Below are positions 28,146 to 39,005 of a stretch of 64,000 nucleotides of DNA, piece after piece. The DNA is from an uncultured Clostridia bacterium (GTDB lineage: Bacteria > Bacillota > Clostridia > Christensenellales > UBA1242). The notes below the pieces were generated by a model. It was not told the origin of the DNA. It saw nothing but the letters and a program-made list of their open reading frames with translations, and made no database searches. The number at the start of each line of letters is the position of its first letter. Within the stretch, counting starts at the first letter, position 1. The stretch spans positions 64,419-128,418 of the forward strand of contig CAKVHY010000003.1 in NCBI GenBank assembly GCA_934754335.1. Reading direction: 5' to 3'. The position numbers and the translations under genes were made by a program.

Positions 28146-31100
28146 ATGAGTTCGAAAAAGAAGTTCAATGCAGTTTTGAGCAGTTTTGCTCTAATCATTT
28201 CTGTTTTACTTTTAGGCTTTGGCATTCTGAATATTTTCAAACAAAATCAAGTTTTGGCTCTTAGCGATGAGTTCAACTTTTTTGTTGCCACCACGCCTAT
28301 TAAGCAAACTCAAATCTCAATTGATGAAAATGAGAAAATCCTTCCTGCATACATAACCGATGAGAAGAATAAAAATTATGGTTTTAACTACCTAACCTTC
28401 TCGGATTATTTACAAGTGCAGAAAGATTATGGGTTTAATGCCAACCAAGATATTTTCGTACTAGTCAATAATAATTATATCAAACTTATTTTTGGTGAAG
28501 ACGAGAATGGCAATGTTTACGGAAGCGACCGTGTGAGCAAAGTTGCAAATAAAGAAGCCTTTGACCTTGAAAATGGTACTTATTATGTTAACACCGGCGG
28601 ACAGTTCATTGAAATCACGACCAATAATTTATTTATAGAAAATTCGCTTCAACCATACTCTTATTCTATCTATAAATTAGTGAACGGAGATACTGGCGCA
28701 ACGTTTGAAAGGTACAACAACGAGATTAAGTCTAAGAGCAGTGATAATTCCAGTGCTTTTTTACCGAACTATTATTCAAACAACGTTGAGAACCTTTATA
28801 TAGAAGTTTCTAAGGAATACGCCCTATCTAAAGGTGGTTATAAAATCGCTAAAACCACGGAGGTTAATGGTCAAGAAATAATTCAAGTTCAAACTGACGA
28901 AACTGATGGCAAATATTATATTCCACTATATGATGAAGTTTTGGCTTCTAATCTTTCCGCCACCCAACAGAAATTTGTTACATTAGATAACTACAAAGCA
29001 AAGCAAAATTTAATTAATGGTTTTACAACAAATGAAAATGTTGAATCTATTTACTTAAGTATCGGTAGCGCATATCTTGAAGGTTTGAATACAAACTTCA
29101 ATCGTATTACTCGTTTAGATGAAGTTTCTATCACCCTTCAAAACCAATACTATAGCGGTTTGAGAGTTTTAGCAGAAAAACCAATTCTTCAAACTCTAGA
29201 TAGCGGTAACTCTAACTATTTTTGGTATCAATATATTGATCTTGAAAACGTTAGATACAAAGAAAACGAAAATATTGAAAATTCAGATACTATTTTAGTA
29301 AAACACCCTGAAGGTTTATATACCTTTGTATTTTCTGGGCAATACACCACCGCCGATGGCAAAGCAACTGAATTTAATTTTAAATATGAAGTTTATCTAA
29401 ATAAAACTAGCAATATTACAAGTTTCCCTGATTTCAACACGTTATTAAAATCTAACGATAAGCAATATTTTGATAAAGATTTGGACGAGAATTCTTACAA
29501 AACATATTTCTATAACTTCCAAACTCAAGAGTTCCCTACCTACACCTTTGATGCATCTAGATACAATCTTTCAGTTAATCAAACAATTAACTTAGTTGAA
29601 ACTAATTACACTTATGATTTCAAATCCTTATACAGAGAAGAAACTAAACCAGAAGTCACAGATTTTAACGCTAAAGAAAAAGCACTTGTCACTGAATATA
29701 TAAATGGTGCTAGGAATAAAGAAACATTGATTGTGGCTGAAAAACGTACGCTTAATATAAGTGAGATAAATAGTTCGCTTATTTCTAACGACCTGAAAGA
29801 AACTATTTCCCCTGAAAGTGAAGAATTAGCATATCAGAATGTTTATGTTTATTCCTACATATATAAATCACGAACTAGCGGATTTGACGCAATAAATTAT
29901 CTTTCTGATGGTTGGGGTAATTTTGAATACAAATTAACAAGTTTGATTTTTGAGAAAGAAACAACCGATGAAGAAACAGGCTTAAAAACCAAAACCTATA
30001 TCATTAAGCATTACAAAACCACTGATATAGATAAAGTTTCTGAAAGCGATATCATGCTATATTTAAATAGTAGCGACCTGATTAAGAAGGAGAAAATTGA
30101 GTACTCTCAAAACCTAACAGTTAAAAATACCACTGAAAACGAGATAGGTATTTTAACAACATACAAATATGGCGTGTTAGAAACCGGCTTATTTGATGGC
30201 GAAAATGAAAATGATATCACTGGTTACAAATTTTCACTAACAAACAACTTAACAAGAAAGGTTATCACAAAAGAAGCAAATAACAAAGTTGTTCTATCTG
30301 TTCAAAACCCTTATGGCGTAACAGAAGATAATTTCAACACGTTGAATGAGTATCTAACATTATCAGAACATAATCAAACACAAACAGATGAAAAAGGTAA
30401 TAAACTTACATACAAAAATGTTATCTCTTCCCCTACTCTAGATAATCTATCTAATTTCGATGCATTTAGATTTGATTATGAAATTGTTTATAGCGAACTT
30501 GGAGTTTTTACATTAGAAAATAGATACACACTTGGAATTAAACACGTAAATTATGATGGCGGAGATTTGAATGCCACGCTTAATAACGCAGGGCTTAACA
30601 ACATATCTTTCGTTGTGGATTCAAATGCCACAAACACAGTTTACGATTTTAAAAATGAATATAAATATAAAATTTTAGTCAATAATGCTGAAGAAATACG
30701 TAATGCAAGATATAGAAAATATGGCTACACATTGCATATTTTCGGAATTAAATCATATTTCAATAAGAATGGGAAAACCGAATTTAAAAACGTTTCTGAA
30801 GGCATTTATAGCGATTTAACAGAAAATGTTAATAATAGAATTAAAGATGAAAAAGAATCGATTTTAAGCATCTTATCTAATGGTAATTTAGTAACAACGT
30901 CTAAAACAATAACCTTAAAAGCAGATGCAAAACTTAATGATGCTTTAAGGCCAATTGGCAATGTACCTGTTACAAATATGACCCCTATCACCTTTGATTT
31001 CTTTGGATTATATTCCTTCAATGGATTAGTTCCGATTTCAAGATACTATGTTTATGATTTTGATTACGACGAAGATGGAAAACCTTATATCACTAATAAC

Positions 31101-34100
31101 ACTCCTCGTGCAATAAAATATTTCACTAAGGACGACCAACCTTCAGAAAGCGGTTATTATGAAATTATTGCTGAATATAAGTACAATATCTATGACGATA
31201 TTTTCAACAACCTTATAAACACAAAGTTCTATCAAGTATTCGCTTTCGTAATTGATAAATCTAACCCTAAAACCACATATGAACGTTTGACTACTGTAAT
31301 CGACACTCCAACCACATCTCATAACGCTTGGGAAAAATTAGTGGTTAGCAAAGACAACTCCCCTTACACAAACGATGCAGTTAGAATTACATGGAGTCAA
31401 AATTCATTCTTCCAATACGATATTATTCCATATTTCCAAAAGACAAACTTTGATGGCATTATTGTTGGAACGAATGGTAGCCAAAGTACTAGCGGTTATG
31501 AGCAATTAAAAACTGCCACCACAACTAAATACGCTGTGGGTTACACAATCACAAATCGAGCAGGCATACAAGTATTTAAACAAATTGTGGATATAAATGG
31601 CAAACCATTATCTATGCAAAAATATGCAAACTCTGGTTTGTATCTCGTTCCAGTATTTGATATTTACTTTGGCGAAACATTGAAGTACAAGGATATGTAT
31701 CCTTTGGATTTCTTAAATTCTAAACTTGTTGACGAATTGGAAAATGAAGAAAATGTTCGATATGTTTATAAGAAGGACGTAAATCAGGTTTACGTTTCAA
31801 AAAATGCGAATGTTACACATTATGTTAATTTAGAAACTCCAGAAACATCATCAATTGCCCTTTGGGGAAGCGGAATATATAATTTCCATTTAAAATATGG
31901 CTTTAATAATGGTGCTAGTTTAACTCAGAAATTTGTGTTCGACTACACAGATTTAACAGGACTTAAAGTTTTGCCTGTGAACCCAGATTCAAACTCTATC
32001 ACTTCCTCTTTTGATAACAACACAAGCAATCTTATAACCAAACCTTTCACATTTGTTTATGATAAACGTCCAAGTGGTTCTTCAATTACCACCACCTACA
32101 CCGCTATTCCATTTAAGAACAACAACGATATTTTAAGATTGTTCTTATCTGACAACTTAGAAGGCATTAGCGGAACACAAAATATAAACCCTGCAAACGC
32201 TATTCAAGATGTTAGTTATGAATATGATTATTCGTTCTTCAAATTTGGAGATAGTGTTTACAACAAAAATATTTTCAAGCCCTCATCTTCAATGCTTTAT
32301 ATCTTCAATCTAACCGACACCGCAGGCAACACTTCTAAATATTTCGTTGCATTCGATGTTTCAAATCCAAACTTCTTCTTAGACGTGGAAGGCGAAGATA
32401 GTTTCATTGAAAAATATGGAATTATAACTGATTTTGCAAATATCTCTTGGGGAAATTACAAAGCAATCAACATTACAAACTCAAACAACCTTTCAGATAC
32501 AAATTTATTTGATAAATTCATATTCGGCAATGGAATAAACTATGAAGCATCAAGCCTTGAAACAATGCTTAGAGATGTTTATAAGAATAATAGCAATTAT
32601 TCTGGCATGAAATTAACAAGAGTTTGGAGTATTAAAACTTTAGATGGTGATAGAAACCTAGAAATTGAAAAAGAGTTTATAAATGAAGATGGTTCAATAA
32701 ATCTAGATAAAGTTTATACAAAAACAATAAGTAGAAAATTAGGATATTATATTGATAGTGCTTGCACAAAAGCATTAGTACTTGGCAATAACGGAAAGCC
32801 ACTAGTTTCATACTATTTCTTAATTCCAATTAGGAATGTTAATTTCCAATATTACAACACAAATTCAGACGATAGCAATATCTACTCTTTCAATTACTCC
32901 ACTGATGCAACAGGGGTTTTGGCAAAGAACTCCACATATCTATCTCCAACTAAAAAGGCACTTGCTTCTAAATTTGGAGTTGGCGTTCGTGAAATTGAAC
33001 AAGACGTTAATCACGAATATGGTTTCTATGGAGAAAAGAAATATATTTATGTTATCACCGATTTGCTTGGAAATGAATGCGGAAACACATTGTGGATGAA
33101 CTTAGATTTAACGCTTGCGATGAGTTTTGGTAGTTTTGATTTAACCTATGAAAAATTGAACTACTCCCCTAACATGACGTTATATAACCTAACCACTTAT
33201 TCATCATACTCTATATCTCAATTATATTTCAGTTGGCTTGTGGACGATAAAATCCCAAAGAGCAGAATTGATTATAAGTTCTATGATTTCGATACCGATT
33301 TCTATGCAAATTACATTATTACAAATGTAACTTACAATGACGTCACAAACGAATACACATTTAAGTTTACAAATAAATTAGATCAATCAACAAAAGATAT
33401 TGTTATATCAGATAAGAAGTTAAACAACTACAATGCAGATGACGAAGAAGTTAATGAGCCAAACAGCATTTATCCATTTGCATTAAACTCTGAGCGTGGT
33501 TGGCAATTAATTGTAAATAATTCACAAACAGATTCTAAAAATAATAGTTCTTATTATGATGCAAGTGAGAAACGTTATTATAGCAATATAATCAACCCTG
33601 CAAGCAAAGGCTCAACAAATTATGAATGCACAAAAAATGGCTTATATGTTTTCAGAAGAACCTACACTGATTATATAGACGCAAATGGTCTTGTTAAAGA
33701 TTCAAGAGAAAATCTTGGTGATGGACTTAAGAACGACACAGTTTATAGATATTATGTTTACTATGTTGATACAAATGGCATTATTGATTTAACTAATATC
33801 TCAAACTTAAATTTCATTCTTGGTGCGGGAATGAACGATGCTGATTATGAAAACAAATCATTCAACGAACAAACCATAAATAATAGGTTAGAAAAAGCAT
33901 CAACTAAGGACGTTGCATATAGCAGTATGAAAGTTAGCAATCTATTCCTAACAAATAGAGAACTTGTTCAATTCAATCTTTCAATGGATAAATACAACCA
34001 AGCAGTAAGTTATAACAACTTCATTGATAGAACAGATTATAACAATGCAACAAACATTGTTGATAATTACGATTCAGCCGGCGGAAACTTAGAGCAAGGC

Positions 34101-37100
34101 TTAAAGAACGCTCAAACACGTTTAACTTATTTAATAAATAGATTTGTTTATGGCATCGGAGAGAGCAATCTAAACGTAAAAGATTTTGATGCAAAAACAT
34201 ATTATAATCAAAGATTCCTAATGCGTTTAACATTAACGTTTGGAACAAGTACTCAGTTAATTGGTGTTAAAGAAGGTAAAACCAACCTTATCTCCCCTGA
34301 TAAGAACTTAAGTGAAAATTATTTATTAAATTCACTAAATAATAGGTCAAACGACGTATCTCAAAACCACCCTACAGGCTTCACAGATAGGTCAACATTA
34401 AAAGATGGCATTATTTTAAATAGAAGCAATGCAGGATTAAATAGCAATCTAACTTATAACTACAAAGTGCTAGTGGCAGATAGTTCGGGAATAACAGAAG
34501 GCGCAGATATGAGCAAATGGAATATGTTTGCAAACGATCTAACCCTAGAGTTCGGAATTGATTATTCCACTCCAAAAGGTTATTACTTTGGAAAGAGCGC
34601 ATCAGCAGAATATGAATCTTCAGCCAATGGTGATTACGACTATGCTTATGCCCTATTCAACGATATCACCGAATCACTTTCCACAACCAATTTGGAAAAC
34701 CTAAACGATGGCGCAACCGAACAAGTTATTGGCGATAAAACAGTTTCTGTTTTAACTTCAACAAATAACGATACGCTTATATTCGTATTTGAAAAAGCAG
34801 TTGATAAAACCGATGCAGAAATAGAACCAAATGCAGTAACAGTTACAAGAACATTGCCTAATGGCACACCACAAGTTATCTTTAAAGTGGAACTTACAAC
34901 CGATGCTCAAGGAAACACCACGCAAGTTTTCACTTCATCAATGGGTTACACAACTGAAAGATTAAAACAAGCATTCCTATCTAACGCAGGTTTGAAAGGT
35001 GCTAATTCAAAAGCCGATAAATGGGCAATAGTTGTATTCGATAACTACAATAAAAATTATAAAAAAGATAGTGCGTTATCTGACCCTTCAATTAACGCAA
35101 CATATGAAATTTCTATTCAGTATAAAGGATTATCTAGCGATTATTTGAATAACGACGGAACAAAGTCTAATTTCATTGGAAATTATCAAATAACTGTGGA
35201 TAACACAAAACCACTTTATAACCTTATCTATTTAATGGAAAATGATAAGTTTATTCCACGTAAAACTGCTACCTCAGGGCTTCCATCAGGATATTTAGAT
35301 AGCCTAAATAATAGCGGTTATACAAGTTATATTGAGAGATACTATGCTAATCTAAAAGGTACTCCTCTTGATAAACAATATGCCCTAGAACAAATATATA
35401 ATTATTATATTGAAAGTTATTACACCTATCAAAACGATAAAAAACTTGCTTATCAGGACCTAGACGGAAATGATTATCTAACACCAAATAATGAACCAAT
35501 ATATAAAACATATATTCAAAATTATTTCTTTGGTGTAACTAAAAACTTTGAATTAAAATCTGGCAGTAGCGATTTTAGATTTGATTCAAATAGAATTTAT
35601 TATAGAGAAATTTCAAATCCAAGAACATATAGATTTACTTTAACTCCTGATGATTTCCCAACAGCAGAAGATAAAAACAGAGTTAATGAATTAAGCCTTT
35701 ATGAAGTGTTTGATTCAAGCAGATTTGAATTTGCTGAAAACTCACAATTCATCGAAAATGGCGTTGGTAAGTATTTTGAAATAGTGGAAGAAGATGAAGC
35801 AGGCAACTACAGAGTTTATGCTATATATGTTGCAGATGATTTATCAATCAAATATTCATATGCAAAAGCAAAAAATTCCAAGTTAAATGATGAAGATTTA
35901 AATGGCACATTGAATAACGTTTCAAATAGTGTTGATGTTTATGGTACAAATCTAGAATTAGAATTAAACACAAATTTAGATAAAGTTGATAAATTCTTAA
36001 AAGCAGAGATTTATGTAACATATTCTGCTAGCGAATATCAATATGGCACAAATAAACAAAATTATAAAGCCTCTTCCCCTATCACCTTATATCTAGACCC
36101 AATCAATGCCAAAATCATGTTTAATTCTAATGGTTATCCAATAGAATTACCTGAAGGCTTAAGCGGAGATTTAAGCGAAATTGAATTAAATAACTACCCT
36201 GCAAAGTTCCTTGAATATATAACTAAAATTTGCGATATAATCACAATTGACAACGCAGGCGTGGCAGACTTTAATTTATCAATAAAGATAACTTCAAGAA
36301 CAAGCGAAAACTTGGCAATTGAGTACTATTATCCGGGTGAAATGCTAAAATATGTTAAGAATGGATATATAATTTCTATTCCTTCAGACACAGAATTTAG
36401 AAGCACAAAAATTACAAGTATTCAAATCGCAAAATATGAAACCTCTTGGAAAACTTTAACTAGAGATTTCAGTCCTAGCCAAGTTCAAATCCCAGATGGC
36501 GAATGGATTAGTTTGGGCGGACGATCATTTACGTTAACTAATGGAACATTCAGAATAATCTTAACAGACAACTTCGGAAGAGTGGCAACATATTATGAAA
36601 CTTGGAATGCAAGTTCTGTTAATCATGGAATTTCATATTCGGGCAAAACTCAAAGCCTAAATGGTGAAACTTACACAGCAAAAACCACGAGCGTTACATT
36701 TGATCCTTCTAGATATAACCCTGTGGTTATAGTGGAAGAAAATAACGGAAATAAAGTTATCTACACAGATTTTGAAAATATCAATAATTATTATAAAATT
36801 ACAAGCACCACTTCTAGCACAAATCAATCTTCAGTTAATTACTTAAGATTTAATCAAGATGCTGGATATTGGAGCAAATTTACAGTTATTCTTCTATCAG
36901 TTGCGAACTTAAATATCGATTTAACAAATATTGATTTAAACACATTCAATGCTTGGTTCGAAGAAAATAAAAACTCAATTGAAAATGCCACATATTCATT
37001 TATTCTTTATACAAAACTTCCAGAAATTCAGTTGAAAAACCTAAATGGTGGAATTATTGCAAAGAATAACGGACAGATATTCATTGAAGATTTAGCAATC

Positions 37101-38924
37101 GTTTGGAATGAAAGATATTTAGACGATAAAACAGTTAATTTCAATGCAAAATTAAATTTAAGAAGATATTATAACAAAACAAATTATAATTCTGTTATAA
37201 CAACAAATAATTATAGAATAAACCTTCCGGGTGATTACTTCATTTCATTAACAAATGATTTGGATTACACTTCTGAAGAGATTAGATTCACAAGAGCCGA
37301 AGGCAACACAATTTTATATTCTATCTATTCAGTAACTTCTAATGGTTATTCCACTCAATTATCTGAATCTTCCTACACAGAAGTATTTGAAAACGAAACT
37401 GTTTATAATTACTATGCTTTAGATAACTTTAATAATTATGATAGTACTGGCTCCCCTATTAAATCTAGAGACCATATAGACATTGTAACAAACACAAATA
37501 ACGGAATAGTTTATGAGTTTATCAATAAAGATGAAAATTCAAAAACTTACCTATTTAGAATTTATAAATTATCTAATGACGGAACAAAAATAACATTTAG
37601 ATTTGTTAGAATAAATTTCATTACAAAAACATCTGGAAACTTCTCGGGATTACGACTAATTTATTCTAATAATATTGATGGAACAACGGTTGGTGAAAAT
37701 ATATCTTACCAAAGCAATACAGTTAAATCCACAAAAGATTTATTATATATTTTATTTACAAATGAAAATACATATAACGAGAAGAAAGGAAATTCAATCT
37801 TTATCGAGCATTACTTCAATGGAATATTGGTTGATTCAATGAAGATGGAAGACCTTCAATCATTAAATGGAATTTACAGTGATAAAGATAAAACAAAAGA
37901 ATACTTAGATAAATATTTATCGATAAGTTCTGGCGGAATACATAAATTTGTTGTTAGAGATTTAGCCGGAAACGTATCTAAATTCAATGGAGTTGATTAC
38001 TTAAATATTTATTTGATTAATCAAATAGTATTTAATATTAATAACGAAGAACCTTTGAATGGACAGATATTCAATGATGAAGTATATTTAGAAGTTCTAA
38101 CAAAATTAGAAGGCATCACATTATATGATTCATTTAATATTGAAGTATATAAGAATAGCGTTCAAATCACTCCTGAAATCACTGCTTTAAATACTTACAA
38201 GTTCTCTGAATCTGGTTATTACTTTATAAAGATTACAGCAGATGTTCAATTAAGTTCAGATCTTCAAAAAGAAACTATTTCTTCTGAATTCAACTTTAAG
38301 ATTGTAAATCCTAAAACAACGCTTCACACATTTGATATTTCAAGCGGAAACAACTTTAAAGTTCTATCGGTTGAAAAGAAAATTGAAATGACTGATGATA
38401 CTGATTATGTTATCCTACCTTTAACTTCATACACTTCCCTATGGCTATCTGCTGAAGATGAAGCCACAGGCACAGGTTTCTATAGAATAACATTGCAAGG
38501 TTATATTGAATCAATTAAACAATATAGACAGTTCTCATTCAATGTTTGGTTGAGTTCTGCCACTCCAACAATCACTTCTTCAATTGAATTTGGAACTTCA
38601 ACCACCGATCCAATCACATTATCTTACAATGCAAAATCAATTTACGAGGCAATTGGTGAAAGTAAGATTTTGATAAATGATATGGTGATTGCAGAAATCA
38701 ATGCCGATAGCGTTGATAAGATTTCCACTATAACGCTTACTTATGCTCGTGATTATTGGGTTCAAATATACACAGCAGATGATAAATTGGTTGCTTCTTA
38801 TAAAGTTACTAAGAAAGAACCTTTAAACTCTAATGCAAAAATAATCATTGCCGTGGCGGCAGTGGTGACAATCTCACTAACAGTTATATTTATAATCATT
38901 AGAAGAAAAACTAGATTTAAATAA
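28146..38924 (+). CDS. giant (3,592 aa) surface protein with an N-terminal signal peptide and a C-terminal TM anchor
   Basis: It is a single uninterrupted ORF. The N-terminus is MSSKKKFNAVLSSFALIISVLLLGFGILNIF...VLALS. The C-terminus AKIIIAVAAVVTISLTVIFIIIRRKTRFK is a TM helix plus basic tail, with no LPXTG. The composition is N/Y/T/S/K-rich with no obvious internal tandem repeats. The SD GGGAGA precedes the ATG at 28146. Confidence 0.8.
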   Translation: MSSKKKFNAVLSSFALIISVLLLGFGILNIFKQNQVLALSDEFNFFVATTPIKQTQISIDENEKILPAYITDEKNKNYGFNYLTFSDYLQVQKDYGFNANQDIFVLVNNNYIKLIFGEDENGNVYGSDRVSKVANKEAFDLENGTYYVNTGGQFIEITTNNLFIENSLQPYSYSIYKLVNGDTGATFERYNNEIKSKSSDNSSAFLPNYYSNNVENLYIEVSKEYALSKGGYKIAKTTEVNGQEIIQVQTDETDGKYYIPLYDEVLASNLSATQQKFVTLDNYKAKQNLINGFTTNENVESIYLSIGSAYLEGLNTNFNRITRLDEVSITLQNQYYSGLRVLAEKPILQTLDSGNSNYFWYQYIDLENVRYKENENIENSDTILVKHPEGLYTFVFSGQYTTADGKATEFNFKYEVYLNKTSNITSFPDFNTLLKSNDKQYFDKDLDENSYKTYFYNFQTQEFPTYTFDASRYNLSVNQTINLVETNYTYDFKSLYREETKPEVTDFNAKEKALVTEYINGARNKETLIVAEKRTLNISEINSSLISNDLKETISPESEELAYQNVYVYSYIYKSRTSGFDAINYLSDGWGNFEYKLTSLIFEKETTDEETGLKTKTYIIKHYKTTDIDKVSESDIMLYLNSSDLIKKEKIEYSQNLTVKNTTENEIGILTTYKYGVLETGLFDGENENDITGYKFSLTNNLTRKVITKEANNKVVLSVQNPYGVTEDNFNTLNEYLTLSEHNQTQTDEKGNKLTYKNVISSPTLDNLSNFDAFRFDYEIVYSELGVFTLENRYTLGIKHVNYDGGDLNATLNNAGLNNISFVVDSNATNTVYDFKNEYKYKILVNNAEEIRNARYRKYGYTLHIFGIKSYFNKNGKTEFKNVSEGIYSDLTENVNNRIKDEKESILSILSNGNLVTTSKTITLKADAKLNDALRPIGNVPVTNMTPITFDFFGLYSFNGLVPISRYYVYDFDYDEDGKPYITNNTPRAIKYFTKDDQPSESGYYEIIAEYKYNIYDDIFNNLINTKFYQVFAFVIDKSNPKTTYERLTTVIDTPTTSHNAWEKLVVSKDNSPYTNDAVRITWSQNSFFQYDIIPYFQKTNFDGIIVGTNGSQSTSGYEQLKTATTTKYAVGYTITNRAGIQVFKQIVDINGKPLSMQKYANSGLYLVPVFDIYFGETLKYKDMYPLDFLNSKLVDELENEENVRYVYKKDVNQVYVSKNANVTHYVNLETPETSSIALWGSGIYNFHLKYGFNNGASLTQKFVFDYTDLTGLKVLPVNPDSNSITSSFDNNTSNLITKPFTFVYDKRPSGSSITTTYTAIPFKNNNDILRLFLSDNLEGISGTQNINPANAIQDVSYEYDYSFFKFGDSVYNKNIFKPSSSMLYIFNLTDTAGNTSKYFVAFDVSNPNFFLDVEGEDSFIEKYGIITDFANISWGNYKAINITNSNNLSDTNLFDKFIFGNGINYEASSLETMLRDVYKNNSNYSGMKLTRVWSIKTLDGDRNLEIEKEFINEDGSINLDKVYTKTISRKLGYYIDSACTKALVLGNNGKPLVSYYFLIPIRNVNFQYYNTNSDDSNIYSFNYSTDATGVLAKNSTYLSPTKKALASKFGVGVREIEQDVNHEYGFYGEKKYIYVITDLLGNECGNTLWMNLDLTLAMSFGSFDLTYEKLNYSPNMTLYNLTTYSSYSISQLYFSWLVDDKIPKSRIDYKFYDFDTDFYANYIITNVTYNDVTNEYTFKFTNKLDQSTKDIVISDKKLNNYNADDEEVNEPNSIYPFALNSERGWQLIVNNSQTDSKNNSSYYDASEKRYYSNIINPASKGSTNYECTKNGLYVFRRTYTDYIDANGLVKDSRENLGDGLKNDTVYRYYVYYVDTNGIIDLTNISNLNFILGAGMNDADYENKSFNEQTINNRLEKASTKDVAYSSMKVSNLFLTNRELVQFNLSMDKYNQAVSYNNFIDRTDYNNATNIVDNYDSAGGNLEQGLKNAQTRLTYLINRFVYGIGESNLNVKDFDAKTYYNQRFLMRLTLTFGTSTQLIGVKEGKTNLISPDKNLSENYLLNSLNNRSNDVSQNHPTGFTDRSTLKDGIILNRSNAGLNSNLTYNYKVLVADSSGITEGADMSKWNMFANDLTLEFGIDYSTPKGYYFGKSASAEYESSANGDYDYAYALFNDITESLSTTNLENLNDGATEQVIGDKTVSVLTSTNNDTLIFVFEKAVDKTDAEIEPNAVTVTRTLPNGTPQVIFKVELTTDAQGNTTQVFTSSMGYTTERLKQAFLSNAGLKGANSKADKWAIVVFDNYNKNYKKDSALSDPSINATYEISIQYKGLSSDYLNNDGTKSNFIGNYQITVDNTKPLYNLIYLMENDKFIPRKTATSGLPSGYLDSLNNSGYTSYIERYYANLKGTPLDKQYALEQIYNYYIESYYTYQNDKKLAYQDLDGNDYLTPNNEPIYKTYIQNYFFGVTKNFELKSGSSDFRFDSNRIYYREISNPRTYRFTLTPDDFPTAEDKNRVNELSLYEVFDSSRFEFAENSQFIENGVGKYFEIVEEDEAGNYRVYAIYVADDLSIKYSYAKAKNSKLNDEDLNGTLNNVSNSVDVYGTNLELELNTNLDKVDKFLKAEIYVTYSASEYQYGTNKQNYKASSPITLYLDPINAKIMFNSNGYPIELPEGLSGDLSEIELNNYPAKFLEYITKICDIITIDNAGVADFNLSIKITSRTSENLAIEYYYPGEMLKYVKNGYIISIPSDTEFRSTKITSIQIAKYETSWKTLTRDFSPSQVQIPDGEWISLGGRSFTLTNGTFRIILTDNFGRVATYYETWNASSVNHGISYSGKTQSLNGETYTAKTTSVTFDPSRYNPVVIVEENNGNKVIYTDFENINNYYKITSTTSSTNQSSVNYLRFNQDAGYWSKFTVILLSVANLNIDLTNIDLNTFNAWFEENKNSIENATYSFILYTKLPEIQLKNLNGGIIAKNNGQIFIEDLAIVWNERYLDDKTVNFNAKLNLRRYYNKTNYNSVITTNNYRINLPGDYFISLTNDLDYTSEEIRFTRAEGNTILYSIYSVTSNGYSTQLSESSYTEVFENETVYNYYALDNFNNYDSTGSPIKSRDHIDIVTNTNNGIVYEFINKDENSKTYLFRIYKLSNDGTKITFRFVRINFITKTSGNFSGLRLIYSNNIDGTTVGENISYQSNTVKSTKDLLYILFTNENTYNEKKGNSIFIEHYFNGILVDSMKMEDLQSLNGIYSDKDKTKEYLDKYLSISSGGIHKFVVRDLAGNVSKFNGVDYLNIYLINQIVFNINNEEPLNGQIFNDEVYLEVLTKLEGITLYDSFNIEVYKNSVQITPEITALNTYKFSESGYYFIKITADVQLSSDLQKETISSEFNFKIVNPKTTLHTFDISSGNNFKVLSVEKKIEMTDDTDYVILPLTSYTSLWLSAEDEATGTGFYRITLQGYIESIKQYRQFSFNVWLSSATPTITSSIEFGTSTTDPITLSYNAKSIYEAIGESKILINDMVIAEINADSVDKISTITLTYARDYWVQIYTADDKLVASYKVTKKEPLNSNAKIIIAVAAVVTISLTVIFIIIRRKTRFK

Positions 38925-38943
38925 AATATGGTTTAAAAGAAAA

Positions 38944-39005
38944 AAGATAATCTAGATTTTGAAGTGAACCCTATGGGGTTCACTTCATTTTAGATTATCT
39001 TTTTT
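38944..39005. terminator. long bidirectional hairpin terminator between convergent genes
   Basis: AGATAATCTAGATTTTGAAGTGAACCC pairs with GGGTTCACTTCATTTTAGATTATCT, flanked by an A-run and a T-run. Confidence 0.75.
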
